Source of the DNA: Nitrospirota bacterium
GTDB lineage: Bacteria > Nitrospirota > Thermodesulfovibrionia > Thermodesulfovibrionales > Dissulfurispiraceae
Assembly (NCBI GenBank): GCA_963710375.1
Contig: CAVPZX010000002.1
Location: 288,001-352,000, forward strand
DNA: 64,000 bases
Direction: 5' to 3'
Part shown: positions 28,065-39,081 of the stretch, piece by piece
Layout: every line of letters starts with the position of its first letter
Numbering within the stretch: the first letter of the stretch is position 1
Made by a program: the position numbers and the translations under genes
The notes under the pieces: generated by a model
Seen by the model: the letters and a program-made list of their open reading frames with translations, nothing else
The model's database searches: none
What the model was told of the DNA's origin: nothing

Positions 28065-29153
28065 GTGAAGGCTTCGGGAATAACTATTCAAGAAAATCAC
28101 CCGCTCAGGGAATTGACGACATTTAAGATCGGAGGCGCGGCACGCTACTTTGCCGAAGTCACCTGCGAGAATGAAGTTACTGAGGCTCTTGCGTTCGCAA
28201 CAGGACGTAAACTTGATATTTTTACGCTCGGGGGCGGCAGCAACCTTCTCATAAGCGATAACGGGTTCCCCGGCCTTGTCATTCATAATAAGATAACCGG
28301 ACTTGCGAGCCGCAGGAATGGCGACAGCGTGCTGGTAACGGCCAATGCAGGGCATGATTGGGATGCCTTTACGAAATTCTGTACTGAACATAACTGGCAA
28401 GGTGTCGAATGCCTTTCTGGCGTTCCCGGCACGGTCGGCGCCGCACCGGTCCAGAACATCGGCGCATACGGTCAGAGTGCGGAAAACGTTGTCGAAGAGG
28501 TCCGCACCATTGATATTAGCACCGGCGCTACGGCCATATGGGGCAACCAGGAATGCGGGTTTGGATACCGGAAAAGCATCTTTAATACAGTAGCCGCAGG
28601 ACGATATATCATAACCTGCGTTACCTTCAGGCTCGCCGCATCTCAGTGTCCACTTCTTACCCACCATGATCTGAAACACTATTTTTCGTCAACGGCAAAC
28701 GTTACCCCGGCTCAGGTGAGGGATGCCGTGCTCGAAATAAGAAATTCGAAAGGCCTGCTGGTCCTTGATGGATACGAACGCCTCAACAGCGCCGGTTCGT
28801 TCTTTAAAAACCCTTTAGTTTCACATGACCTGTTTGAACGCGTTGAGAAATCAGTTCACGACATGGGCGGATGCGAGAACTGGTGCTGGCCCCAGCCTTC
28901 AGGAGAAGTGAAGATATCCGCAGCTTGCCTGATTCAGACAGCAGGGTTCATAAGAGGATATCGCCGGGGCAACGTCGGCATATCGCCCCGACATACGCTG
29001 GCCATCATAAACTATGGAAATGCGACAGCCGGCGAGGTCATCGCCCTTGCGCGACAGGTACAGGAGCGAGTCCGGGAAAAGTTTGGGGTTACGCTCAACC
29101 CTGAAGTGCAGTGTATTGGCATAGAGCCCAACGCTCTGTTAAATGACAATTAG
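28065..29153 (+). CDS. murB: UDP-N-acetylenolpyruvoylglucosamine reductase
   Basis: TTFKIGG.A, LGGGSNLL, PGTVGAAPVQNIGAYG, FGYRKS.F and SAGSFFKNP motifs; start uncertain (28032 or 28065). Confidence 0.93.
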   Translation: MKASGITIQENHPLRELTTFKIGGAARYFAEVTCENEVTEALAFATGRKLDIFTLGGGSNLLISDNGFPGLVIHNKITGLASRRNGDSVLVTANAGHDWDAFTKFCTEHNWQGVECLSGVPGTVGAAPVQNIGAYGQSAENVVEEVRTIDISTGATAIWGNQECGFGYRKSIFNTVAAGRYIITCVTFRLAASQCPLLTHHDLKHYFSSTANVTPAQVRDAVLEIRNSKGLLVLDGYERLNSAGSFFKNPLVSHDLFERVEKSVHDMGGCENWCWPQPSGEVKISAACLIQTAGFIRGYRRGNVGISPRHTLAIINYGNATAGEVIALARQVQERVREKFGVTLNPEVQCIGIEPNALLNDN

Positions 29154-29249
29154 CAATATAGACTGAGTCATAAATGTTATGTTATATTAGTGCGTTATGA
29201 TGAGAATCCCACATAGACCGATCTAAAAATATCTGCGAGGAGTCAATCA

Positions 29250-30116
29250 ATGTATAAAATTCTGGAAAAACAAGTATTGAGTGATGTTGTTAAACTCATG
29301 GTCATCGAGGCCCCTCATATTGCGCAAAGGGCGAAAGCGGGCCAGTTTACAATCGTGCGGATCGATGAGCAGGGAGAGCGTATTCCCCTTACAATAGCAG
29401 ACTATGACTCGAAGAGAGGAACAATTACTATTATATTTCAAGAAGTTGGACAATCGACAATGCATTTGGGCACACTCAATGTTGGAGACTCTATTGCCTC
29501 ATTTGCCGGACCTCTTGGCCATCCTACTGAAATCGAAAATTTAGGCACCGTTATCTGCATGGGCGGAGGCGTGGGAATTGCTCCCATCTATCCAATTACC
29601 CGAGCTCTTAAGCAGGCAGGCAATAAAGTCATATCCATTATAGCCGCAAGGAACAAGGACTTGTTGTTCTGGGAAGACAAGATGCGCGCTGTGTCCGATG
29701 AATTACATGTATGCACTGATGACGGTTCTCACGGACGAAAAGGTCTGGTTACGGATCCACTCAAAGAAATCCTTGAATCTAAAAAAGAGAATATTGCAAA
29801 AATCTGGGCAATAGGCCCGGCGATCATGATGAAATTCGTATCGCTGACCACAAAACCTTTTAATGTTCCCACTATTGTCAGCCTGAATACTATAATGATA
29901 GACGGCACCGGAATGTGCGGCGGGTGCAGGGTGCTCCTCGATGATGGCGCAAAGTTCGTTTGCGTTGACGGACCAGAATTCGACGCCCACAAGGTGGATT
30001 GGGGCAGTCTTATGTCCAGGTTGTCTTACTACCGTGATGAAGAGAAGGCAGCGGTAGAACACTGGAAGGAGCACAAATGCAAGCTCGACAAAGCAATAGC
30101 TGAGGGAGGGAAATAG
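29250..30116 (+). CDS. nfnA: NfnA / SudB small subunit of electron-bifurcating transhydrogenase
   Basis: GERIPLTIAD, GGGVG.AP and DGTGMCGGCR...CVDGPEFD motifs. Confidence 0.9.
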   Translation: MYKILEKQVLSDVVKLMVIEAPHIAQRAKAGQFTIVRIDEQGERIPLTIADYDSKRGTITIIFQEVGQSTMHLGTLNVGDSIASFAGPLGHPTEIENLGTVICMGGGVGIAPIYPITRALKQAGNKVISIIAARNKDLLFWEDKMRAVSDELHVCTDDGSHGRKGLVTDPLKEILESKKENIAKIWAIGPAIMMKFVSLTTKPFNVPTIVSLNTIMIDGTGMCGGCRVLLDDGAKFVCVDGPEFDAHKVDWGSLMSRLSYYRDEEKAAVEHWKEHKCKLDKAIAEGGK

Positions 30117-31565
30117 ATGGCCAAGTTAGATCCTAAAGAGAGAATGAAAATACCCAGGCAGCCTATGCCGGAACAGGATCCGACAATACGCAGTGCAAAT
30201 TTCGAGGAAGTTACCCTTGGTTATGATGAAGCAACTGCACGCAAGGAAGCTGAGCGCTGCCTGCAGTGCAAGAAGCCGGGTTGTACGGTTGGATGTCCTG
30301 TCGGCGTGCGTATTCCCGAATTTATACTTGCAGTGCGCGAAGGCAACATGCCCAAGGCTGTTGAAGAAATGAAAGTAAAAAACAACCTGCCTGCGATCTG
30401 CGGAAGGGTCTGCCCGCAGGAAGTGCAGTGCGAAGGCAAGTGCATTCTGACTAAGAAAGGCAAGGCTGTTGCCATAGGCCGTCTGGAGCGCTTCGTAGGC
30501 GATTACGAGCTTGCCCATCGCACATGCCCGCTGACTGCCGCGCCTGCAACCGGCAAGAAAATCGCCGTAGTAGGCACCGGACCTGCGGGATTGACCTGTG
30601 CAGTTGACCTTGCAAGAGAGGGTCATAAAGTCACCATGTTCGAGTCGCTCCACGGTCCGGGCGGAGTCCTTGTTTACGGCATCCCCGAGTTCAGGCTCCC
30701 CAAGAAAGTTGTTTTCGGAGAGATTGACTATGCTGTTGAGTGTCTTGGTATTGACGTCAGAAGCGATCATATTGTGGGCCGTTCTATTACATTGAATGAA
30801 CTGCTCGGGGATTACGACGCGGTATTCCTGGGTACCGGCGCCGGATTGCCTTCATTTATGCGCATCCCCGGCATAAACCTTAACGGCGTTATGTCCGCAA
30901 ATGAGTTTCTCACGCGCGTAAATCTTATGAAGGGATACCTCTTTCCTAATTACAGTACGCCCGTTAAACTCGGGAAAAAAGTGGCGGTAGTCGGCGGCGG
31001 CAACGTTGCTATGGATGCTGCCAGGTGTAGTAAACGCATGCAGGCAGTCCAGGCAAAGCAGACCGGCACCGAGCCAGGCGAAGTGCACATTATATACCGC
31101 AGGTCTAAAGAAGAGGTGCCGGCACGTGCCGAAGAGTTCCATCATGCAATAGAGGAAGGCATTATATGCGATCTCCTGACCAACCCTGTCGAGATAATAG
31201 GTGATGAGTCGGGTAAGGTGTCAAAGATACGTTGCATCCGCATGGAACTCGGAGAGCCTGATGCGAGCGGCAGGCGCAAGCCGGTCCCGATAGCGGGCTC
31301 GGAGTTCGAGATGGACATGGATACCGTAATCTTTGCGCTCGGCACTAGTCCAAACCCCATCGTCTTCGTTGATGCTGACGGTCTCGAAAGAACAAAGCAC
31401 GGCACTGCGGTTGCCGATGCGGAAACCGGAAGAACAAGAAAACAGCGTGTATGGGCCGGCGGAGACGTCGTTACCGGAGCGGCAACTGTCATCAGCGCAA
31501 TGGGCGCAGGCAAACGTGCCGCAGCAGATATGCATAAGTTTTTAAAAGGCGAAGCACCCTGGTAA
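30117..31565 (+). CDS. nfnB: NfnB / SudA large subunit (GltD-like)
   Basis: RCLQC...C..GCP, CGRVCPQE.QCE, G.GPAG, YGIPEFRLP and GGGNVAMD motifs; adjacent to nfnA. Confidence 0.9.
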   Translation: MAKLDPKERMKIPRQPMPEQDPTIRSANFEEVTLGYDEATARKEAERCLQCKKPGCTVGCPVGVRIPEFILAVREGNMPKAVEEMKVKNNLPAICGRVCPQEVQCEGKCILTKKGKAVAIGRLERFVGDYELAHRTCPLTAAPATGKKIAVVGTGPAGLTCAVDLAREGHKVTMFESLHGPGGVLVYGIPEFRLPKKVVFGEIDYAVECLGIDVRSDHIVGRSITLNELLGDYDAVFLGTGAGLPSFMRIPGINLNGVMSANEFLTRVNLMKGYLFPNYSTPVKLGKKVAVVGGGNVAMDAARCSKRMQAVQAKQTGTEPGEVHIIYRRSKEEVPARAEEFHHAIEEGIICDLLTNPVEIIGDESGKVSKIRCIRMELGEPDASGRRKPVPIAGSEFEMDMDTVIFALGTSPNPIVFVDADGLERTKHGTAVADAETGRTRKQRVWAGGDVVTGAATVISAMGAGKRAAADMHKFLKGEAPW

Positions 31566-31591
31566 TCACCGGGACTTCTTCAAAATAAAGC

Positions 31592-31627
31592 AAAAAAACC
31601 CCCTGCCTGTAACCAGGCAGGGGGTTT
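31592..31627. terminator. Bidirectional intrinsic terminator between nfnB and cooS
   Basis: AAACCCCCTGCCTG-TAAC-CAGGCAGGGGGTTT hairpin with A/T tracts, between convergent genes. Confidence 0.85.
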
Positions 31628-31644
31628 AATTTTATTTGCTGAGT

Positions 31645-33648
31645 TTAAAACCCTAAATGCGGCTTTGCACCCTTTTCAATTTCACGGCGTGCAGCCATAT
31701 CCATAAGCACACGCTCGGTGCCGAACTTGCCTGGATCATACTTCTTCAGCTTGAGTTCCGCCCTTGCATTGTCTATGAAGTTAAGTGTCATATCAAGTAT
31801 CTTCTCAATGTTCGGTTCAAAGACAAAGCAGCCTTTGAATCTCTCCATCCATTGATTGGTCATCATGTCTGTAACTCCCTTGCCGGCAGCGAAGATGTTG
31901 TCGCCCCCGAATATGACCGGGCATCCCGAAGCAGCGCAATAAGTTGCAATGGCAACCGCCTTTTCCGACATCCACTCAGGCGCAATACCAACTGCAGGCA
32001 TGCCGCCGATCTCATCGGAGAGTCCGCCCTCTGCCGCCATCGCACTGGCAATCGTAAGTATCCTAGAATTGTCTACGCAGGAACCGAGGGCCAGAATAGG
32101 AGGCATACCGGTTGTTTCGCAGATCTGGCGAAGACCGGGGCCGGCGTGCTCCATGGCAAACTCAGGTGTCAGGTATCCTCCGAGACCGCAGGCATGAGAT
32201 CCGCACCCTGTGGTAACAACAAGGACATCTCTCTTGATCAGCTCTGTTATAAGCCATTTATGGTTGCCGGTTGCCGGGTACCTGGTGTTATCGCATCCGA
32301 CAACTGCTCCGATACCGCGGATTCTGCCAGACATAATGGCGTCATTGAGCGGCCTGAAGGAATGCCTCCACTTTCCGCCGAGCATATACTCGATGTATTC
32401 ATGCGAGAAACCTGTGACCATATCGAACATTTGCATCTTCTCGCGGAAGCCTTTCTTTGTCCTGTTCGGGAAGTTGTCTATCGCAACCTTGATGATGTCG
32501 CGGGCAAGCTGTTTTGCCTTTGTTTCATCTACCATCGGCATTGCGATGGCCCCGGTAATATATGCCTTTGGAGAGGTCGTAATGACCTTGGTATGGAAAT
32601 TCTTCGATACATCGACAATTGCCGGCATTATGCACTGAACGTCAACTGTCATGGCATCGACCAATCCTGTCATGATCGCAAGTTCCTGGTTGGTATATCC
32701 ACCCATGGTCGCGATACCGTGCCTCGCAAGAATTTCATTCGCCGTGCAGCACATCCCTGTGAGGTTGATCCCTTTTGCGCCCTTGGATTTTGCGTATGCC
32801 ACCAGTTCAGGCTCGGCGGAAACCTCGACAAATTTTTCCGCAAGATTCGGCTCATGGCCGTGAACTACCATATTGACCATGTCTTTTTCAAAAACACCGA
32901 AGCTCGCCTTTGCCCTGACCGGCTGAGGAGTACCGTAAAGGATATCCGTACAATCAGTTGCGATCATCGAACCGATCCAGCCGTCGGCAAGAGCTGTCCT
33001 TATGCCGGTCTTCAAGAGATCATCCGGATCGATGTCGACGCCGGTATTTGTTCTGTGCATTGCCTCGATGACCTCTCTCTGGAAGCCCCTCGGAACAACG
33101 CCCCATTTCCTCCATCTCTCGACTGTCTTCTTCGGCGCCCTCACTACATAATTCATTTCGCCGGTCTGGCGTGTAAAGTCCTCGATCATCTTATGGGCCA
33201 CGTCTTTCGCCACATCATTCGCAGGACGTCCTTCGAACTCGATACCGAGAAAACCTGCGATCTTATAGAGTTTCCTTGTGTCCTTTATTGCGAAGTCCGA
33301 GGTATGCCCCTCGGCAACTGCAAGCAGCAGCATCGCCATATCCAGGCCATGGTCCGAGTGCGCCGACGCGCCGGCAGCGATCATCCTGACAAGGTTCCTC
33401 GCAGCTACGGTGTCGTTATTTGCTCCGCAAATGCCCTTGGCGTCTTCCTTGGCGGTCAGCCTGCAGGGACCCATGCTGCAGTTCTTGCAGCATGCGCCTG
33501 AATGGCCGATTGGACAAGGCTTCATTTTTTCCGCTCTGTCAAAACAAGTCTCGATGCCCTGTTCTTCTGCAAATTTGAGTATTCTATCCGCATCAGGATT
33601 CGCGGGTCTGATTTTTGCGACTACTTTTTTTTCTTCCTTTTTCTCCAT
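31645..33648 (-). CDS. cooS: Anaerobic [NiFe] carbon-monoxide dehydrogenase catalytic subunit
   Basis: D/B-cluster motif CPIG...CCKNCSMGPC; C-cluster ligands HGHEP, CCTANE, DVQC, GCDN, TGC, GSCVDN. Confidence 0.96.
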   Translation of the reverse strand: MEKKEEKKVVAKIRPANPDADRILKFAEEQGIETCFDRAEKMKPCPIGHSGACCKNCSMGPCRLTAKEDAKGICGANNDTVAARNLVRMIAAGASAHSDHGLDMAMLLLAVAEGHTSDFAIKDTRKLYKIAGFLGIEFEGRPANDVAKDVAHKMIEDFTRQTGEMNYVVRAPKKTVERWRKWGVVPRGFQREVIEAMHRTNTGVDIDPDDLLKTGIRTALADGWIGSMIATDCTDILYGTPQPVRAKASFGVFEKDMVNMVVHGHEPNLAEKFVEVSAEPELVAYAKSKGAKGINLTGMCCTANEILARHGIATMGGYTNQELAIMTGLVDAMTVDVQCIMPAIVDVSKNFHTKVITTSPKAYITGAIAMPMVDETKAKQLARDIIKVAIDNFPNRTKKGFREKMQMFDMVTGFSHEYIEYMLGGKWRHSFRPLNDAIMSGRIRGIGAVVGCDNTRYPATGNHKWLITELIKRDVLVVTTGCGSHACGLGGYLTPEFAMEHAGPGLRQICETTGMPPILALGSCVDNSRILTIASAMAAEGGLSDEIGGMPAVGIAPEWMSEKAVAIATYCAASGCPVIFGGDNIFAAGKGVTDMMTNQWMERFKGCFVFEPNIEKILDMTLNFIDNARAELKLKKYDPGKFGTERVLMDMAARREIEKGAKPHLGF

Positions 33649-33695
33649 TTTTTGCCTCCGTGGTTTTAATCTATTCCTGGTAACGCATTTTTATA

Positions 33696-35894
33696 TTATA
33701 ACATCGGCGGCATTTCTAATGCCGGATGCGAAACTTTTGTGAGATACTCCAAAAGTTTTTCCGAATCCTCGCAGATAGTATCGTCAGCTATCTTATCAAG
33801 CAGATCCGGGACCCCCTCTTCAGCAGCCCTCTTTTTGAATGCCTCTCCAATCCTTTCTTTAAGGGATGCAGGCATCCAGACTATCCTCTTTATTCCGCCA
33901 TCGCCGAAAAGGAACTTCCTGCTCGGAATGAAGTTCACTCCGATGCCCATGAATCCAGGGGTTTGGGCGCCACCTCCGACCGAGCCTGCGAATGTCGAAA
34001 ACTTCATGCCGACAGGCGTCATTCCCTGATGACCTCTGTGCACAATCATAACTCCGTTTGCCTCGGGGATGATTCCGACTATGCACTCGAAGCATCCGCA
34101 GGAGGTCATCGGATTGTCCATGATGGTGTACATGTTTACGGATTCGACAGCACCGCCGGTGGCCTGTTTAACATAATTATCCACACCCTTAAAGCGCCCT
34201 AATTTAGCATCGATCACTTCCTCTTTCTTGATAGGCTGGTTTCCGCCTGTAGGGTCTATTTCTTTTGCCGCTTTGCAGTCAAGCCAGTTGAATGCGCCGC
34301 AAAGCCCAAGCCTTTCAGGAGACACTACGCAAATATGGCTCGGAGCAAAAGACTGGCAGAGAAGGCATGAATAAAAATCTTCCACTGTTTCGTCAGTCAG
34401 ACCTCCCAGTCTTGCATCGCGCTCTGTATATGCAGCCCTTGCCTCCTGCAGCTTTTCATTAACTTCATTCGCATCCAGGTATAACGTAACCTGGGCCTTG
34501 TCAACAATGGATTTAAATCTGTGATGTGCCATTGTGGTATGAATAATGCCCAGATGCTCCAAAGTGAATCCCGCCTGCTTGGCCGCGTTGCTTATCCTTA
34601 CCCAGTTGACATCTCTCTGACCCATGTGGAATATTCCCTGGGCCTCGTTGAGGTCTGCGTGGATCTTCCTCTCGAGAACAGATTCAAAATCCTTTTGCAT
34701 CTTGCGGCCGGCAACTTCTATAACGATACCAAGAGGCATCCTGCCGCCCTTTTCATATATCTCTTTCCAATTGTCGGGCTTGATAATGACCTTGTTGTCT
34801 TCTACCTCGTCCATTTCCCTCATTCTGACCCATTCGAATGCGGGTGTTTTCTGGCCGCCCATTTCCGCAAAGGTATCTTCCTTCCTTATCCTCTCGCCCT
34901 CGAATGCAGGCCCGAATGCAACTGGAATTGGAGGCTTCTCAACGGTAATCTTGAGTCCTCTTACCTCGATTGCCTTCTGGACGATCTTGGCATGGTCGAA
35001 TTCCTTATCGACGTGCTCATATGTGCAAACTCCTGTCGGGAGAATGGTCGGAACATCAGTATCGCAAACAGCAGGGAAGCCCATGTTGATAGCGCCGGCG
35101 CCGGTTGCCCACTTTATGTCATCCATTGGGCCGAGAGCTATCGCAAATGCAAAGACCCTGTCTTTCTGGTAAAGGAGATGTCCCTTGTAATCTCCGGGTT
35201 TCTTGCCGCCGAATATGAGGGAGGCCCTTATCGCCCAGTCTGCAGCATAAAGAATATGCTCCGTATCAGGGCCCAATGGTACGATTCTGGCATCCCAGCC
35301 TAGTTCTATATTCTTCCTGAGAAGCTGTTTAGTCATGCTATCGCCATTTGACTGACCTGCAAGGAAAGTAAGTATGTTCTTCTCTTGAAGCTCCCTGGCT
35401 ATATTCACAGCAATGTCGTCGGTGGGAGCCGCTCCGAGGATACAGGCAAATCCCGGCATCGTACCGTCAACGAGTTGGATGCCCAGGTTTCTCTGGATGG
35501 TATCACCTATAAACCCATTGTACACATATCCCGTTTCAGGGTCCTTGCACGGCTCGAGGCCGTTGACATACCTGAGCGCAAGAATTATCTCTTCCGCAAA
35601 AAGTGTAGCCATGCCGCTATCAAGAGTCTCGCCGAGATAGGGGAGCCAGAGCTTATCTGTGGGCTCATCATGAAGCAGCTCCTGGGCATAACGAAGTCCA
35701 ACCTCCATATCTCCGAGCGTTTTTACCTTGAAAGTGGTCATTGCAAGTATCATGGGAAGCTGAAAAGCGGTGTCAGGAAACTCAAAAACATAATCTTTTC
35801 CCTTTTCAGCTATTGTCTTTTTAAGCATTTCTTCCGCGCGGTTCACGAGTGAACGTGCGCCCCTAATAGCCGCTGTTGCAATAATCTTTGACAT
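33696..35894 (-). CDS. acsB: Acetyl-CoA synthase (bacterial type)
   Basis: FPDTAF.LP N-terminal domain; CLLCQSFAP.H.C, GLCGA and TSCGCFEC A-cluster motifs. Confidence 0.97.
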   Translation of the reverse strand: MSKIIATAAIRGARSLVNRAEEMLKKTIAEKGKDYVFEFPDTAFQLPMILAMTTFKVKTLGDMEVGLRYAQELLHDEPTDKLWLPYLGETLDSGMATLFAEEIILALRYVNGLEPCKDPETGYVYNGFIGDTIQRNLGIQLVDGTMPGFACILGAAPTDDIAVNIARELQEKNILTFLAGQSNGDSMTKQLLRKNIELGWDARIVPLGPDTEHILYAADWAIRASLIFGGKKPGDYKGHLLYQKDRVFAFAIALGPMDDIKWATGAGAINMGFPAVCDTDVPTILPTGVCTYEHVDKEFDHAKIVQKAIEVRGLKITVEKPPIPVAFGPAFEGERIRKEDTFAEMGGQKTPAFEWVRMREMDEVEDNKVIIKPDNWKEIYEKGGRMPLGIVIEVAGRKMQKDFESVLERKIHADLNEAQGIFHMGQRDVNWVRISNAAKQAGFTLEHLGIIHTTMAHHRFKSIVDKAQVTLYLDANEVNEKLQEARAAYTERDARLGGLTDETVEDFYSCLLCQSFAPSHICVVSPERLGLCGAFNWLDCKAAKEIDPTGGNQPIKKEEVIDAKLGRFKGVDNYVKQATGGAVESVNMYTIMDNPMTSCGCFECIVGIIPEANGVMIVHRGHQGMTPVGMKFSTFAGSVGGGAQTPGFMGIGVNFIPSRKFLFGDGGIKRIVWMPASLKERIGEAFKKRAAEEGVPDLLDKIADDTICEDSEKLLEYLTKVSHPALEMPPML

Positions 35895-35950
35895 CTCTAA
35901 AACCTCCTGGCATTAATTTATTCAATTTTGAAAACAGCTTCTACTCTCTG

Positions 35951-37288
35951 TTAACGCGACCTCAAGAAAACCGGCAGCCCGTTGGCTTCCCTTGGGCCGA
36001 CAGTGATCTTCCAGCCCGGAAGCTTGTCTTCAATCGAACCACTCAGTATTGCCACGTACCCTGGAATGATCAGCTCCTTATGGCTTATCTCATTCTCCAC
36101 TCCGCATTCCTTGATGAATGCAGCAACCTTTGATGCGTTGAATTTACCGGCGGCCCATCCGGTAAGCACTGATAGCCCCTCGGTATCAAGCACAGCAAGC
36201 CTCACAGGGACCTTGCTGCCTTCGATCTCTCCTGAGACAATAAAATATGTAAGAGAGAAGTTTGAGGTGATGAGCAGCGGGGAGTCTGCAGTCGGCTCGC
36301 CGATTTTATAAACGTTCTGCGGGACCTGCAGCGGGACCTGAGGGTCAGTATAGATATTCTGCCTAAGGGTGAACAGCGCAAGGTTCTTCCACTTGTCGAT
36401 GCTGCTCACAACCACGATAGACGAATATTTTGTAATTCCGAGGGCTGCAATAAGAGTCTCCAGCATGACATCATCTCTTTGTGCAAAGCTGATTACAGGG
36501 AACCCTACCGACTTATTGCCTTTCTTAACCGCTGCCCTTCTGATATAAGTATTGTCCCGCAGCATCTCTTTGGCAGTGCGTGCGCCCGAGTCAATGACCA
36601 TGTCCTCAACACCGAGCCCTTTAATCTTGTCCGTAAGTGCTGTCAATGCGTCAAGCCCTTTGGCAACTACTCCGAGAGAGACCTTATGGGTCTTTGCAAT
36701 ATTCGCCATCTGATCGGCGTTGGACTCGTTTGCTCCGTAAAGGAGCGGCTTCTTGTCTGCTACAGCCTTGACAGCTGCCTCTGCTGCAGCCGGATTTGTC
36801 GTGGAAAGTATCAATGGCACTGCTGGAGCTTTGGCAGCGATAGCCTTTACAACACCCTCAAATTTTCCTGCGTCGCCCGATACATTATTAATAAATATCG
36901 CGTTAACCCTGAGCTTCTGACCAACTCTGTCTATTTCCGAATTGACGACTTGATCTGTTAAGCTGTTTATTTCACTGTCGGACATCGAATCTTTTATTTC
37001 CACAGCTATAGCACATGGGTTAACAAACTTCTTGTCATGCCTGAACAGGACAGTTTCTTCGCCCATTTTTACTGCCTTGTCTCCCACTCCGAGTGTAATG
37101 GGTCTTATAGGAGGAGCAGACGCCTCACCGAGGACCTTTTTAGCCTCTTCCGAGACATCGGGGCACAAATCGAGAGAAGCCTGTCTCTGGGCCAGTTTCA
37201 TTGCAAAAGCAAGGCATGTCGGATGTCCGCATTTCTTGCAATTGGTTTTTGGCAGCAACTTAAATATCTCAACGCCGGATAACGCCAT
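35951..37288 (-). CDS. acsC: Corrinoid Fe-S protein large subunit
   Basis: LPKTNCKKCG.PTCLAFA, NIYTDPQ.P, TEGLSVLT.WAAGK and GPREA motifs. Confidence 0.97.
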   Translation of the reverse strand: MALSGVEIFKLLPKTNCKKCGHPTCLAFAMKLAQRQASLDLCPDVSEEAKKVLGEASAPPIRPITLGVGDKAVKMGEETVLFRHDKKFVNPCAIAVEIKDSMSDSEINSLTDQVVNSEIDRVGQKLRVNAIFINNVSGDAGKFEGVVKAIAAKAPAVPLILSTTNPAAAEAAVKAVADKKPLLYGANESNADQMANIAKTHKVSLGVVAKGLDALTALTDKIKGLGVEDMVIDSGARTAKEMLRDNTYIRRAAVKKGNKSVGFPVISFAQRDDVMLETLIAALGITKYSSIVVVSSIDKWKNLALFTLRQNIYTDPQVPLQVPQNVYKIGEPTADSPLLITSNFSLTYFIVSGEIEGSKVPVRLAVLDTEGLSVLTGWAAGKFNASKVAAFIKECGVENEISHKELIIPGYVAILSGSIEDKLPGWKITVGPREANGLPVFLRSR

Positions 37289-37299
37289 TGTAACCTCCC

Positions 37300-38238
37300 T
37301 TACATTAATTCATCTATGAATTTTTCTATTGCCTTAACTGACTCAGGATGCCTCATGATCAAAAGCTCTGAGCCGGCAAGCATGAGTGCGCCCGCTGTCA
37401 GAGTTTCCCATGCAATTCCTCTCGGCTCAAGAGCGCCGCCTACAGGAAGTTCGGCTTCGGGAGCACTGGACTCCTTGACCTTCCAGGCATACATACCGAT
37501 ATCGCCCAGCATCGGTGTCTGCATCGTTAGGTCATTCTGGGTCAAGGCAGCAAGCCTGATTCTCTCCATGACAGAATAAGTATAGTCCAGCCCATATCCG
37601 AGCGCAGAACACATAGGATCAGTTACCATCCTCTCCTTGTCAAAGCCCATTTGCGTTATCAGGATATTGAGCTGCTTGGAAAGATTGATATCGAGCTGAG
37701 ACATGGCTATAAGCTTATGATCGTTGGCCATACAGGCAGCAACGATTGTTTTGTAGTTTTCTTCCATGGCCTTACCTATGAAACAATTCCTGCCCTTGGC
37801 TGCTTCAGCCGCAGCGACCAAGACCAACGTATCTTTCTCAATATTGTTGCTGCCGAGGATTATTAAAGGGACTTTTACTGCGGCAAGCACATCCTTTACT
37901 GTCTTCGCAGCGTCTTCGGCGGAGCGGTTTTCCCTGTCGGGATGGGTCCCTATCAGCCTGAGTGCTATCGCCTTTGCATTCAGTTTGTCCTCGCAATATT
38001 TTGCCCATGTTACAGGATCACCAGATACTCCTTCGTACACTTTTTTTACAGTATCCGGCCAATCATCAGGAGGGACATCCTGAATCTCATAAGCTATGAC
38101 GGGTCTGTTGGGAACATTCCCTTCAAATGCATCAAAAGGAAGCACATTCTCTCCACCAATAACAATCGTCTTATCCGTACCGCCTTCAACTTGATAAACC
38201 TTTCCAGAATAAGTCTCGTTTGGCGCCGTAAATGCCAT
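37300..38238 (-). CDS. acsD: Corrinoid Fe-S protein small subunit
   Basis: GGE..LPF..FEG, DINL.KQLNI, ALGYGL.YTYSVMER and RHP motifs; GGAGG SD before 38238. Confidence 0.95.
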   Translation of the reverse strand: MAFTAPNETYSGKVYQVEGGTDKTIVIGGENVLPFDAFEGNVPNRPVIAYEIQDVPPDDWPDTVKKVYEGVSGDPVTWAKYCEDKLNAKAIALRLIGTHPDRENRSAEDAAKTVKDVLAAVKVPLIILGSNNIEKDTLVLVAAAEAAKGRNCFIGKAMEENYKTIVAACMANDHKLIAMSQLDINLSKQLNILITQMGFDKERMVTDPMCSALGYGLDYTYSVMERIRLAALTQNDLTMQTPMLGDIGMYAWKVKESSAPEAELPVGGALEPRGIAWETLTAGALMLAGSELLIMRHPESVKAIEKFIDELM

Positions 38239-38298
38239 ATATACCTCCATTTTTTAGTCGCCCGCCGGTAGTTTCTTGTATCGACCGTTGACAGTATT

Positions 38299-39081
38299 TT
38301 ACATTTCCAAATACGAATGGGCATAAAGGGTCCTGCCCATTATCACATCTATCGTCTTTGTAGTTTCCATTACCTCATGAGCATCGGCGATTGCAGCAGT
38401 CAGTCCTTCATACGCCAACAATGCGAACAAATATTTATTCATTATAGGCCTGAGGGCTTTCGGCATCCCGTTGGATATATTACTTAGTCCCACCACTGTC
38501 TTCATTGGAGGATCGTTCAGTTCCTGAAACATCTTGACCGCTTTAACTACTTTTAACGCCTGGTCCTGAGTAGTAGCGATCTGCAGAACAAGCGGGTCGA
38601 GATACAGGTCTTCAACCGGTATGCCGTATTCCATTGCCCTCGCCATCATCTCTGCTGCAATACCTGCCCTTTCCTCAGCATCAGCAGGAAGGCCGCCTTT
38701 GCCGACAGTAAGTGCTATTAATTGCGATTTGTATTTCGCGGCAATTTCCATGATAGGAAATCTTTCTGGATCGTTAGAAGTGGAATTAATCAGCGGCCTG
38801 CCCCATTGGCTGTTGTGGACCTGCAGCCCGGCCTCGATAGCCTTGGCATTCGTAGTGTCAAGACAGACAGGAAGGGGAACAACTTCCTGAATGGTTGTTA
38901 CCATCCACTGCATCATTTTTTCTCCGCCATCCTCCGCCGGGCCGATATTGGCATCAATCATGCCGGCGCCTTCTTTCCATTGTCTCGTTGCAATTTCCTG
39001 AATAGGCCCTTTGTCGAATTTCATCATTGCTTCACGCACTCTTTTAGCTATGATGCTGAGCTTCTCACCGATTATTAGCAT
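38299..39081 (-). CDS. acsE: Methyl-THF:corrinoid Fe-S protein methyltransferase
   Basis: IIGE, DANIGP, CLDT, LINS, LDPLV and GLSNISNG pterin-binding motifs; located in the acs operon. Confidence 0.92.
   Translation of the reverse strand: MLIIGEKLSIIAKRVREAMMKFDKGPIQEIATRQWKEGAGMIDANIGPAEDGGEKMMQWMVTTIQEVVPLPVCLDTTNAKAIEAGLQVHNSQWGRPLINSTSNDPERFPIMEIAAKYKSQLIALTVGKGGLPADAEERAGIAAEMMARAMEYGIPVEDLYLDPLVLQIATTQDQALKVVKAVKMFQELNDPPMKTVVGLSNISNGMPKALRPIMNKYLFALLAYEGLTAAIADAHEVMETTKTIDVIMGRTLYAHSYLEM

Noticed and set aside
31657..33501. 614-aa plus-strand ORF
   Set aside because: Lies wholly antisense to cooS with no recognisable motifs; a codon-bias shadow ORF
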